Positions 1 to 7,773 of a stretch of 26,663 nucleotides of DNA are shown here, piece after piece; position 1 is the stretch's first letter; every line of letters begins with the position of its first letter. Position numbers and translations under genes: made by a program. The stretch is taken from positions 1 to 26,663 of the IMG/VR virus record IMGVR_UViG_3300048598_000245; one strand, 5' to 3'. A model generated the notes under the pieces. The model was given only the letters and a program-made list of their open reading frames with translations. It was not told the origin of the DNA and made no database searches. The DNA comes from a virus. Its lineage: Duplodnaviria; Caudoviricetes.

Positions 1-74
1 CGCGAGCCGCTGGGAGATCCGCGCCACCTGGGCCTTCCAGTCGCCCCGCTCGAACAGGTCCAGCGAGGCGTTGG
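1..74 (-). pseudogene. Probable fragment of a host gene interrupted by the prophage insertion
   Basis: The minus strand reads open with GC3-rich codons (...NASLDLFERGDWKAQVARISQRLA) off the window edge. There is no start codon before the putative phage end. Confidence 0.35.
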
Positions 75-270
75 TGTGAGGGGACAGATGGTCCTGGAGG
101 ACGGGACTAGGCGGGACCGGGCGGGATAAATCGGGACGAAACCCAAGGCGCGTAAGGGTTTCGGCGAAATGGCGGCCAGTAGGCCGGGCGTCCGCGGTGT
201 CCCGCGAAAATCGGCTCCGGCGGCGCATTGCGCGAAATTAGACAGTAGAACCTGGAGGGGCAGATAGACC
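75..270. repeat. Putative left-end (attL) repeat array, candidate transposase binding sites
   Basis: CGGGA at 102, 112, 122 and 132 (exact 10-bp period). GAGGGGACAGATGGTCC (78-94) resembles GAGGGGCAGATAGACC (255-270). CCTGGAGG at 93 and 251. Inverted repeat CGAAACCC-N11-GGGTTTCG at 137-163. Confidence 0.55.
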
Positions 271-419
271 AAAGGTTCGCGTTCAAAGAGCCTTTGAAGC
301 GAAATCGAAGCCCCCCGCGCGAACCCTTGTCCCAAAGGGGATTGCGGTTCTCAAACGGCTTCGAAGCGTAGCTTTTGGACTTAGCGCCGCGCGTCCGGAA
401 GCCCGCGCGCATAGCCCGG

Positions 420-544
420 AGGTCGGAAGCCAGGCAAGAAAGGCGCTTCCGACCTGGGTTGCTACTTCCAACCTGTGCAAACTACGGAGCTACAAAGAAA
501 AACGCCGCGGATGATCGTCCGCGGCGTTCAATCTAGGTCGGAAG
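420..544. repeat. Four copies of AGGTYGGAAG in mixed orientation
   Basis: Copies at 420-429 (+), 446-455 (-), 465-474 (-) and 535-544 (+). Confidence 0.7.
494..528 (-). terminator. Intrinsic terminator of the leftward repressor operon
   Basis: Perfect 11-bp stem AACGCCGCGGA/TCCGCGGCGTT (501-528) followed on the minus strand by a U-rich tract, 40 bp past the stop at 568. Confidence 0.85.
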
Positions 545-567
545 TCGTTCGGAGCTGCCGGCTCGGG

Positions 568-1161
568 TTACGGATGGTCCGGTTGCTCCGGTTCGGGCGT
601 GGCGTCCTTCAGCTCGAGCGGCACTCCAGCTACCTCTGCGGTGGCGAGCACCTCGTCTCCCGGTAGATGGACGATGAACTCGCCGCCACCGCTTCCGCTG
701 ACCTGCACGCGGAGGGCGCCGCCGGCCACGCCGGACGCCAGCTGCTCCTGCGTAAATTTCAGCTGGTAGCTTTCGGAATGCAAGCATGGCGAATATCGGT
801 CGCCGCAACTCACTACGTCGCGGTTGGATGCCACGAACTCCACCGGCTCACCGCCTGGCAAGTAAGCGCGATCATAGCGCCGCCACTCATCGCGGTATCG
901 GATGGAGCCCTGAACCATATACACAATATCGCCGGATGCCTTCTTGCGGATGACGAAGACGTAGCGGTTTTCGCCGTCCTCAAAGGCCGGCGGGGTGTAG
1001 TCTACGAACGGACGGAACTCGTCGCTGTCGATCGTTACCAATACGCCATTCGATGACACCCTTCCCTCTGCGCTCGCGCTAAGGCCGATGATCGAGGCAG
1101 ACATCGCCAGGATCGCAATGGTGCTGAGGCGGGAATGACGATGTTTCAATTTGGACCCCAT
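568..1161 (-). CDS. Exported/periplasmic hypothetical protein (197 aa), probably co-transcribed with the repressor
   Basis: ATG at 1161 lies 19 bp past the repressor stop, with GAAGAG upstream. The N-terminus looks like a signal peptide (basic, hydrophobic, then ASA). It has a Cys pair and is followed by a terminator. Confidence 0.75.
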   Translation of the reverse strand: MGSKLKHRHSRLSTIAILAMSASIIGLSASAEGRVSSNGVLVTIDSDEFRPFVDYTPPAFEDGENRYVFVIRKKASGDIVYMVQGSIRYRDEWRRYDRAYLPGGEPVEFVASNRDVVSCGDRYSPCLHSESYQLKFTQEQLASGVAGGALRVQVSGSGGGEFIVHLPGDEVLATAEVAGVPLELKDATPEPEQPDHP

Positions 1162-1180
1162 CTTGACGCGCGGCTCTTCG

Positions 1181-1846
1181 TCAAACCCGCTGGACGACAG
1201 ATAGAACCCGACCAATTACCTGAAGTTTAGACAGCTCATCACCCTTCACAACCTCCGGGGGGTATGCGTCGTTGTCGGAGATCAGCATCAACCCGTCAGT
1301 CAGCCGACGAAACCGCTTCACCCGCGCTTCTCCGGCAAGCACGAACGCGAATACGGCGTCGAAGGGCTCCTGCTCCGCCTCGTCGATGATAACCCAGGCG
1401 CGGTCGGCAATGGTCGGCTCCATGGAATCGCCGCGCGCCGTGAGAACCGCGAGGCTCGCCGCCGTCAATCTGCCGAGTTGCTCGCGAAGGAAGGCCTGGG
1501 TGAAGGGCACATCCTCCACCTTCAAACGACCATCGTTCCAGGCTCCCGCACCGGCCGCGAGCTGCGCATCGAACCGCGGAATTCTCACTAGATTCTGGGC
1601 GCTTTCGCCGTCGCCCCGGCCATAGACAAGCCAGTCGAGTGAGCACCCGAGCCCCTCGGCAATGCGCGCCGCAATGTCGAGGCGCGGCCCGCCCACGGCA
1701 GTACCGCTCAAGATCTTCGACACAGTCGCCTGCGGCATGCCGATGCGGGTAGCGAACGCCGTGATCTTCTCCGGGAACATCGCTTCCCGCACGCGTTGTG
1801 CGAAACCACCAACATCAAAATTCGGATCACCCGACCCATCTGACAT
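1181..1846 (-). CDS. Phage repressor: XRE HTH plus S24 (LexA/CI-type) autopeptidase
   Basis: N-terminal HTH (FATRIGMPQATVSKIL...SLDWLVYG), Ala-Gly cleavage site (LAAGAG), catalytic GDSMEP and VKR. Divergent from ner. Confidence 0.93.
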   Translation of the reverse strand: MSDGSGDPNFDVGGFAQRVREAMFPEKITAFATRIGMPQATVSKILSGTAVGGPRLDIAARIAEGLGCSLDWLVYGRGDGESAQNLVRIPRFDAQLAAGAGAWNDGRLKVEDVPFTQAFLREQLGRLTAASLAVLTARGDSMEPTIADRAWVIIDEAEQEPFDAVFAFVLAGEARVKRFRRLTDGLMLISDNDAYPPEVVKGDELSKLQVIGRVLSVVQRV

Positions 1847-1861
1847 GGAAACTCGCCTCTC

Positions 1862-1912
1862 GCGACTTGACGAGTCGCTCGAAAAGTGATGCTTTCATCA
1901 CGAAAGTGATGA
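1862..1912. promoter_or_regulatory. Divergent repressor/ner control region with operator-like dyads
   Basis: GCGACT-N5-AGTCGC (1862-1878) overlaps TTGACG. GTGATG (1886), CATCAC (1896) and GTGATG (1906) alternate in orientation at a 10-bp period. Confidence 0.65.
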
Positions 1913-1915
1913 GCA

Positions 1916-2227
1916 ATGGGAATTATGATGGCGCGGCGGCGCGGCTGGCATAGCGAGGACATCAAAGCAGCTGTCCGGAAAAGGGGGCACTCTCTAAAGA
2001 GCCTCGCTCTGGCGAACGACCTCTGTGAAAGCGCGTGCCGCGCAGCGCTCATTCGGCCGCAACCGGCCGCCGATCGCGTGATCTCGAACTTCCTGGGCGT
2101 CTCTCTCCATCAGCTTTGGCCAGACCGGTACACGCCCGAGGGCGCGCGCCTACCATCTCGTCACGTTCGTGATGAGACTAAGCGCGATTTTGCTCGGCCC
2201 CAACGTCAATTCGCTGGAGCCCGTTAG
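1916..2227 (+). CDS. ner: Ner-like transcriptional regulator (start may be 1925 or 1928)
   Basis: WHSEDIKAAVRKRG..L..L...I...LGV....LWPDRY is the Ner/Nlp signature. First early gene, opposite the repressor. Confidence 0.88.
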   Translation: MGIMMARRRGWHSEDIKAAVRKRGHSLKSLALANDLCESACRAALIRPQPAADRVISNFLGVSLHQLWPDRYTPEGARLPSRHVRDETKRDFARPQRQFAGAR

Positions 2228-2229
2228 AC

Positions 2230-3288
2230 ATGGGCGCCCAGGGTAGAACGCGTGGCGCCGGCGCCGCTCAGGAGAGCGGAAACGCGCCCTCCGGCGGGCA
2301 GATGGCCGCGAATCATCCGGTCAATGAGCGCGCGGCTTGGGCCGCTCTGCCGCTCGACATGATCACCGTGCCGCGGCGCCTGCGAGCGGTGCACGACGCC
2401 GCGGTCGCCAACATGGTGGTGGCGATCCAGGAGAGCGGCTTCACCAGCACCATCCTGGTCCGCCCCATCACGGGCGACGAGGGCGCCCGCTACGAACTGG
2501 TGGCCGGCGCTCACCGCCTGGCGGCGATGCGGCGTCTCGGCCGCCCCACCATTCCGGCGACGGTCCGCATCCTGACCGACGACGAGGCCCTGCAGATCGA
2601 GATCGACGAGAACCTGGTTCGCCGGGACCTCACGCCGCTCGAGCGCGCCGAGACGCTAGAGGCGCGGTTCGCCGTATGGTCGCGCCGGTTCCCGCAGCTG
2701 GTGACCGCCGACGACGGCGCGGCGCGCCCGAAGCGCGGTCGGCCGAGTAATTCCGTCAAAATGACGGAGTTTCTCGGCGGCGCCCCGGCCACGATGGGCT
2801 TCGCCGAGAACACAGCCTCCGAGCTGGGGCTCTCCAAGAGCACAGTGGAGCGCGCCTGGCGGACGGTGACCGGCCTGCCGGCCGCCCTTCGCCAGCAGCT
2901 GCGCGGAACCTGGGTCGCGAAGAACGAGGGCGCCCTGCGCCAGCTCGCCGGCGTCGAGGACGCCGCGCTGCAGGCCAGGGCCGCGGAATTCCTTCTCGAG
3001 GGCCGCACGAAGTCGGTGGCCGACGCCCTGGCCTATGCCGGCGGCAACGCGCCTATCAAGGCCGAGCCGGCCTCGGTGAGCGCGCTTCAAGCGGCGTTCG
3101 ACAAGCTCTGGAAGGCCGCCTCGGCGACCGAGCGCGCCGACCTGATCGCCGGCCTGGCGGCCCGCAAGCTGCCCGGCGACTGGGCGCTCATCCCCTCCGA
3201 CGCGCCGGAGTTCGCCGCCTACCAGGCGCGCGTAAACCCCGCCGCCATCGACGCCGACGACCTCCTGCAGGGGTTCGACGATGAGTGA
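2230..3288 (+). CDS. ParB/Srx N-terminal domain protein with central HTH (start uncertain, 2230 or 2302)
   Basis: ILVRP...YELVAGAHRLAA...IEIDENLVRRDLTPLERA; HTH-like TASELGLSKSTVER. Confidence 0.88.
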   Translation: MGAQGRTRGAGAAQESGNAPSGGQMAANHPVNERAAWAALPLDMITVPRRLRAVHDAAVANMVVAIQESGFTSTILVRPITGDEGARYELVAGAHRLAAMRRLGRPTIPATVRILTDDEALQIEIDENLVRRDLTPLERAETLEARFAVWSRRFPQLVTADDGAARPKRGRPSNSVKMTEFLGGAPATMGFAENTASELGLSKSTVERAWRTVTGLPAALRQQLRGTWVAKNEGALRQLAGVEDAALQARAAEFLLEGRTKSVADALAYAGGNAPIKAEPASVSALQAAFDKLWKAASATERADLIAGLAARKLPGDWALIPSDAPEFAAYQARVNPAAIDADDLLQGFDDE

Positions 3289-3556
3289 GCGAGTTGCGCC
3301 CCCACCCCTGAACGGGACGAGGACCCACGCGCTCAGCGAGCACGCCGTCGGCGTGCTGCGAATGCTCCACCGGTCTCCCCGGCCCCGGCAAACAATCAAT
3401 CCGGGCGTCGTGAACCGGCTTCTTCGCGAGGACCTCGTGGAGATCGTGCGCCTGCCAAGCCCCTTTGCGAACAGCCGGGACCAAAAGATCGAGCACCTGA
3501 CGATCACCGAAGCCGGCATCGGCGCCATTGCCAAGGCAGAGGCGATCCATGGCTAA
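3281..3556 (+). CDS. Hypothetical protein, possibly winged-helix
   Basis: Overlaps both neighbours; VNRLLREDLVE...LTITEAG resembles a wHTH end. Confidence 0.65.
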   Translation: MSERVAPPPLNGTRTHALSEHAVGVLRMLHRSPRPRQTINPGVVNRLLREDLVEIVRLPSPFANSRDQKIEHLTITEAGIGAIAKAEAIHG

Positions 3557-4037
3557 GGCCAAGGGCGACCAGCAGACCGGCGACCTCTTCGACGTCGCGC
3601 ACATGTTCCCGGTGGAAGCGCCGCGCGACATGCCGCGCGCGTTGGACATGAAGCGCCAGATCGCCCGCGACATGGGCCGGGCGCTGCGGGAGTGCGGCAA
3701 GACGGCCGAGGTGGTCGCGGCTGAGATGACCGAGCTGCTGGGCGGCGAGGACGAGGACCTGGTCACCCGGGCTCAGCTCTACGCCTACACGGCCGAGAGC
3801 CGCACCAGCCACACGATCAGCATCGTCCGCTGGGTCGCCTTCGTGCGCGCCACCGGCTGCACCTGGCTGTGGGGCAGCCTCCTTCGCGACGAGGGCATGA
3901 TCGTGCTCGAGGGCGAGGAGGCGCTGCTCGCCCAGGCCGCCCATGCCGACAAGATGGCGCAGCACTACGCCGAGCAGGCCAAGGTCCTGCGCAAGCGCGC
4001 CCCCCTCCAGGTCAAGGTTCCGAGGACGCGCCGATGA
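3549..4037 (+). CDS. Phage early hypothetical protein (162 aa), possible DNA-binding/regulatory
   Basis: ATG at 3549 overlaps the upstream stop; ATGA coupling to the transposase; high GC3. Confidence 0.75.
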   Translation: MAKAKGDQQTGDLFDVAHMFPVEAPRDMPRALDMKRQIARDMGRALRECGKTAEVVAAEMTELLGGEDEDLVTRAQLYAYTAESRTSHTISIVRWVAFVRATGCTWLWGSLLRDEGMIVLEGEEALLAQAAHADKMAQHYAEQAKVLRKRAPLQVKVPRTRR

Positions 4038-6028
4038 CGACTGCGGGGGGGAGCCTCATTGCGAAAGAGTGGTGGTCGGCCGCCGAGCTGGCTGACCAGC
4101 GCCTGCCGGGCCTGCCATCTACGCCGCGCGGAGTGCTCGAGGTCGCTCGGCGCGAAGGGTGGCCGCGCGCCATCTGCGATACGCGGGGGCCATTGTGCCG
4201 CAAGCGGCAAGCCAGCGGCGGCGGCTTCGAGTACCACTTCGCCGTCCTGCCGGAGAAGGCGCGCACGGCGCTGCTGCTGCGTCAGGCCAAGCCGGCCGAA
4301 CCCAAGCCCGCCGCCGAGACGCCGCGCGATCGCGAAAGCGCCTGGGCGCGCTGGGACCGCCTGCCGGCCAGCCTGAAGGACGTCGGCAAGCGCCGGATGG
4401 CCGTGATCGGCCAGGTCGAGACCCTGATCCGGACCGGCATGGCCTCCTCCAAGGCCGTCGAGATGGTGGTCGAGCGGGCCGCGGTCGAGGCCCGCCTGCA
4501 GGGCCGCGAGCCGCCGTTCGGTGTCAGCACCCTCTACGGCTGGATCGGCCGCGTCCGCGGCGTCCGGCGCGACGACTGGGTCGTTCACCTGACGCCCGAC
4601 TACGTCGGCCGCACGGCCACCGCCGAGGTCGATCCCGAGGTCTGGGAGGTCTTCAAGAGCGAGTATCTGCGGCCCCGACGTTCGTTCGCGGCGGCCTACC
4701 GGGTCGCCCAGGACGTCGCCCAGCAGCGCGGCGTCGAGCTGCCGGCCTGCAAGACCCTGCAGCGCAAGATCGAGCGCGAAGTCCCCCGTTTCACGCTCAT
4801 TTGGCACAAGGAAGGCCCGGAGGCGGCCGAGCGGGAGTTCCCCTGGATCGAGCGCGACGAGACGGGCTTCCACGCCATGGAGGCGGTCAACGTCGACGGC
4901 CACAAGTGGGACGTCATGGTCGACTTCGGCGACGGGGCTAAGCCCGAGCGCGCGATGATGGTCATGATCCAGGACGTCTACTCCCGGCGCGTCCTGGGCT
5001 GGCGGATCGCCCGGTCGGAGAACGCCGACGCGGTGCGGATGTGCTTCGCCGAGGTGTTCCGCAACCACGGCATCCCGCGCCACTGCTTCTTCGACAACGG
5101 CAAGGCCTTCGCCTCGAAGTGGCTGACCGGGAAGGCGCGCCATCGCTTCCGTTTCAAGGTGCGTGAGGAGGACCAGATCGGCCTCCTGGTGCAGTTCGGC
5201 GTCGAGGTGCACTTCACCACGCCCTACTCGGGACGTTCCAAGCCGATCGAGCGCGCCTTCGGCGACCTTGAGGGCGAAATCGGCACGTCGGCAGCCTTCG
5301 CCGGCGCCTATGTCGGCAACGACCCGCTGAACAAGCCGGCCAACTACCGCGAAGGCTACGGCATCCCGCTCGCGGAGTTCGAAGAGGTCGTCGCCAACGG
5401 GATCCGGCGGCACAACGCCCGCATGGGCCGCCGCACGAAGACGGCCGGCGGCAAGCTCTCCTTCGACCAGGTGTTCGCCGAGAGCCTGAAGACGGCCCTG
5501 GTGCCGCGGCCGACCGCCGAGCAGCTGCGCCAGGCGCTGCTCTGCGTCGAGGGCGTGACGGTCCGGAAGAACGGCCACGGCCTGCAGCTGGCCGAGAACC
5601 GCTACTGGGGCGATTTCCTGATCCAGCACGTCGGCAAGAAGGTCGCGGCGCGGTTCGACGCCGACGACCTGCACGCCGGGCTCCACGTCTACGATCTCCA
5701 CACCGGCGCCTACCTCGGCCATGCCGAGTGCCTGGAGCCGATCGGCTTCGCCAACGCCGAGGAAGGGCGCGAGTTCAGGCGGCTGGTCAAGCGTCGCCAG
5801 AAGGCCGCGACCGACCTGGCCGCAGCCGATCGCCGGATCTCCGACGCCCAGCTCGCGCGCATGACGCCGCAGCTCCCCGAACCTGAATTCGAAGGCGCCT
5901 CGAACGTCATTCCTGGCGTCTTCGGAAACCTCGCCCTGCGTCCGCAACCCCAGCCCGAGGGCATGACCGATGCGGAGATCGTCGATCTCCACGGCGCGTA
6001 CCTCGCCCGGATCGCGCCCGCAGAGTGA
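4034..6028 (+). CDS. Mu-like DDE transposase A (664 aa)
   Basis: N-terminal Mu DNA-binding domain (EWWSAAELA...LPGLP). Catalytic D (NVDGH), D (FDNGKAF) and E (KPIERAF). ATGA overlap at 4034. Confidence 0.96.
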   Translation: MTTAGGSLIAKEWWSAAELADQRLPGLPSTPRGVLEVARREGWPRAICDTRGPLCRKRQASGGGFEYHFAVLPEKARTALLLRQAKPAEPKPAAETPRDRESAWARWDRLPASLKDVGKRRMAVIGQVETLIRTGMASSKAVEMVVERAAVEARLQGREPPFGVSTLYGWIGRVRGVRRDDWVVHLTPDYVGRTATAEVDPEVWEVFKSEYLRPRRSFAAAYRVAQDVAQQRGVELPACKTLQRKIEREVPRFTLIWHKEGPEAAEREFPWIERDETGFHAMEAVNVDGHKWDVMVDFGDGAKPERAMMVMIQDVYSRRVLGWRIARSENADAVRMCFAEVFRNHGIPRHCFFDNGKAFASKWLTGKARHRFRFKVREEDQIGLLVQFGVEVHFTTPYSGRSKPIERAFGDLEGEIGTSAAFAGAYVGNDPLNKPANYREGYGIPLAEFEEVVANGIRRHNARMGRRTKTAGGKLSFDQVFAESLKTALVPRPTAEQLRQALLCVEGVTVRKNGHGLQLAENRYWGDFLIQHVGKKVAARFDADDLHAGLHVYDLHTGAYLGHAECLEPIGFANAEEGREFRRLVKRRQKAATDLAAADRRISDAQLARMTPQLPEPEFEGASNVIPGVFGNLALRPQPQPEGMTDAEIVDLHGAYLARIAPAE

Positions 6029-6034
6029 CCAAGG

Positions 6035-6064
6035 AAAAGGCCCGCCGGCGGCAACCGGCGAGCC
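6035..6064 (-). terminator. Minus-strand terminator-like hairpin between A and B
   Basis: 10-bp stem 6039-6064 whose single + strand mismatch becomes G-U on the minus strand, followed by UUUU. Confidence 0.55.
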
Positions 6065-6096
6065 CTGGAAGTGCAGTTAGACAAGGAGTTTCATAG

Positions 6097-7062
6097 ATGA
6101 ATATCGACCACGGGAAAAGAACCTGGTCCGAGGCCGAACTGGACGAGCTGCGCACGCTTGTGCGCGACCAGATGGCGGCCGCTTCGATCAGCCAGGCCCA
6201 GGTTTCCCGCGCCAGCGGGGTGGCGGCCGCGACCCTCAGCCAGTTCCTGTCCGGAAGCTACGGCGGCGACAACATGAAGATCGCCAGCCAGCTTTCCCGC
6301 TGGCTGGACGCCCGCCACCGCGAGACGGAGGTCCTGGAAGCCGCGCCGCCGGAACCGACCTTCGTCATGACGCCGACGGCGACCAAGGTCATCAACGCCC
6401 TGCAGCACGCCCAGGTGCTGGGCGACATGGCCCTGATCGTCGGCTCGCCCGGCGTCGGCAAGAGCGCCGCCGCCAGGCAGTACGTCGCCAAGACGCCCCG
6501 CGTCGTCACCGTCACGGCCTCGCCGGCCGTGCGGTCGGTGAGCGCGGTCCTCCTGACCATCATCAACGCGCTCTCGGGCCGGACGCCGACCTACCGGGCG
6601 CGGGTGGAGTCCACGAACCTGATCCGCGCTCAGATGGGCGCGGGCTGGCTGCTGGTCATCGACGAGGCCCAGTGGTGCGACTTCGAGGCTCTGGAGGAGC
6701 TGCGGGCCATCCACGACGCCACCCGCTGCGGCCTGGTCCTCATGGGCAACGCCTCGGTGCTGACGCGGATCGAAGGCGCCCAGCGCGATCCGGCTTACGC
6801 CCAGCTGTTCGGCCGGGCCGGCTGGCGGGTGAAGCTGGACAAGTCCGACGTCAGCGACGTGCCGCCGGTGCTGGAGACCATGGGCGTCACCGCGCCTGAC
6901 GTGGTCGCCTTCTGCCAGACGATCGCCACCCGCGACAGCCTTCGCGTCGTCATCAAGGTCGTCCGTGGTGCGCTGATGCTCAGCCGCGCGGCCCGCGAGG
7001 ACCTCAACCCCAACCATCTCGCCGCCGCCTACCGCCAGCTCGGCGGCGCGGCCCGCGCCTGA
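6097..7062 (+). CDS. MuB-like AAA+ transposition ATPase
   Basis: N-terminal HTH, Walker A GSPGVGKS, Walker B LLVIDEAQ, AAGGAG RBS. Follows the transposase. Confidence 0.95.
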   Translation: MNIDHGKRTWSEAELDELRTLVRDQMAAASISQAQVSRASGVAAATLSQFLSGSYGGDNMKIASQLSRWLDARHRETEVLEAAPPEPTFVMTPTATKVINALQHAQVLGDMALIVGSPGVGKSAAARQYVAKTPRVVTVTASPAVRSVSAVLLTIINALSGRTPTYRARVESTNLIRAQMGAGWLLVIDEAQWCDFEALEELRAIHDATRCGLVLMGNASVLTRIEGAQRDPAYAQLFGRAGWRVKLDKSDVSDVPPVLETMGVTAPDVVAFCQTIATRDSLRVVIKVVRGALMLSRAAREDLNPNHLAAAYRQLGGAARA

Positions 7063-7073
7063 GGAGGACGCGC

Positions 7074-7286
7074 ATGTCCGCCTATCTCGACCCCACCCGC
7101 AACGCCCGCTCCTGCGCCCGGCAGATCCGCCTGCAGGCCCGCGCCGGTGTCCTCACGCCGCGCGAGCTGGATCGGCTGCTCTCCAAGATCGAGGACGACC
7201 TGGAACTGCTCCAGGACGCGTACACCATCGACGGCCCGCCGCCGATCGAGGGCCGCTTGACCGTCATCCAAGGGGAACGGCGGTGA
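7074..7286 (+). CDS. Hypothetical protein
   Basis: GAGGAGG RBS; GTGA coupling to the next ORF. Confidence 0.75.
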   Translation: MSAYLDPTRNARSCARQIRLQARAGVLTPRELDRLLSKIEDDLELLQDAYTIDGPPPIEGRLTVIQGERR

Positions 7287-7657
7287 GCGCTCCCTCTCAC
7301 AGTGAGCCGCCGTTCAAGATCGATCACGGTCGTACCGGCTATCAGATCCTGGATCGCTTCGGGAACAGCATCTGCCTCGTGCCCCGCGCGACGATCGGCG
7401 CTGATGAGGCGGAGCAGCTGGCGAACGCCAAACTGTTCACCGCCGCGCCGGCGCTCCTGGCCGCCGCCAAGCTGGGCCGCGCGGCCATCGCCCAGGACCG
7501 CTTGCTGACCATCGAGTCCGCGACCGTGCCGCGGCCGGACACGCTGGAGCCCGACCTCTCCACCCTGGACGAGGACGCCGCCGCGATCGTCGCCGAGCTG
7601 GACCTCCAGCTCGCCCAGATCGACGCGGCGATCGCCGCCGCGGGGGCTCTGTCGTGA
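7283..7657 (+). CDS. Phage hypothetical protein
   Basis: ANAKLFTAAPALL resembles the recurrent phage 'NARLIAAAPELL' motif; coupled at both ends. Confidence 0.7.
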   Translation: MSAPSHSEPPFKIDHGRTGYQILDRFGNSICLVPRATIGADEAEQLANAKLFTAAPALLAAAKLGRAAIAQDRLLTIESATVPRPDTLEPDLSTLDEDAAAIVAELDLQLAQIDAAIAAAGALS

Positions 7658-7773
7658 TCGCCGGCCTGCGCCGCTGGGCCGCCTTCATCCGCCTCGTCCA
7701 CGGGCGCGGCCCCCTCATCGTCAACCGCATTCGCCCGGCCGACGCCGGGTCCTTCCCCGGAGAAACCCTGTGA
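7654..7773 (+). CDS. Small protein (39 aa) absent from the ORF track
   Basis: MIAGLRRWAAFIRLVHGRGPLIVNRIRPADAGSFPGETL; GTGA overlaps at both ends fill the gap exactly. Confidence 0.6.
   Translation: MIAGLRRWAAFIRLVHGRGPLIVNRIRPADAGSFPGETL

Noticed and set aside
101-140. CRISPR or satellite interpretation of the 10-bp periodic repeats
   Set aside because: Units are too short, there are no spacers and no cas genes; better explained as end-binding sites.
107-480. ORFs 107-412 and 283-480
   Set aside because: They lie beyond the terminator in the repeat-rich end region and have non-protein-like composition.
3869-4033. Long N-terminal extensions in the ORF track (transposase from 3869, DUF5131 from 9956 and others)
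   Set aside because: They overlap real upstream genes; coupled ATGA/TGATG starts downstream fit better.
3965-5992. 675-aa minus-strand ORF
   Set aside because: Shadow of the transposase; high GC3 removes antisense stops; no recognisable motifs.
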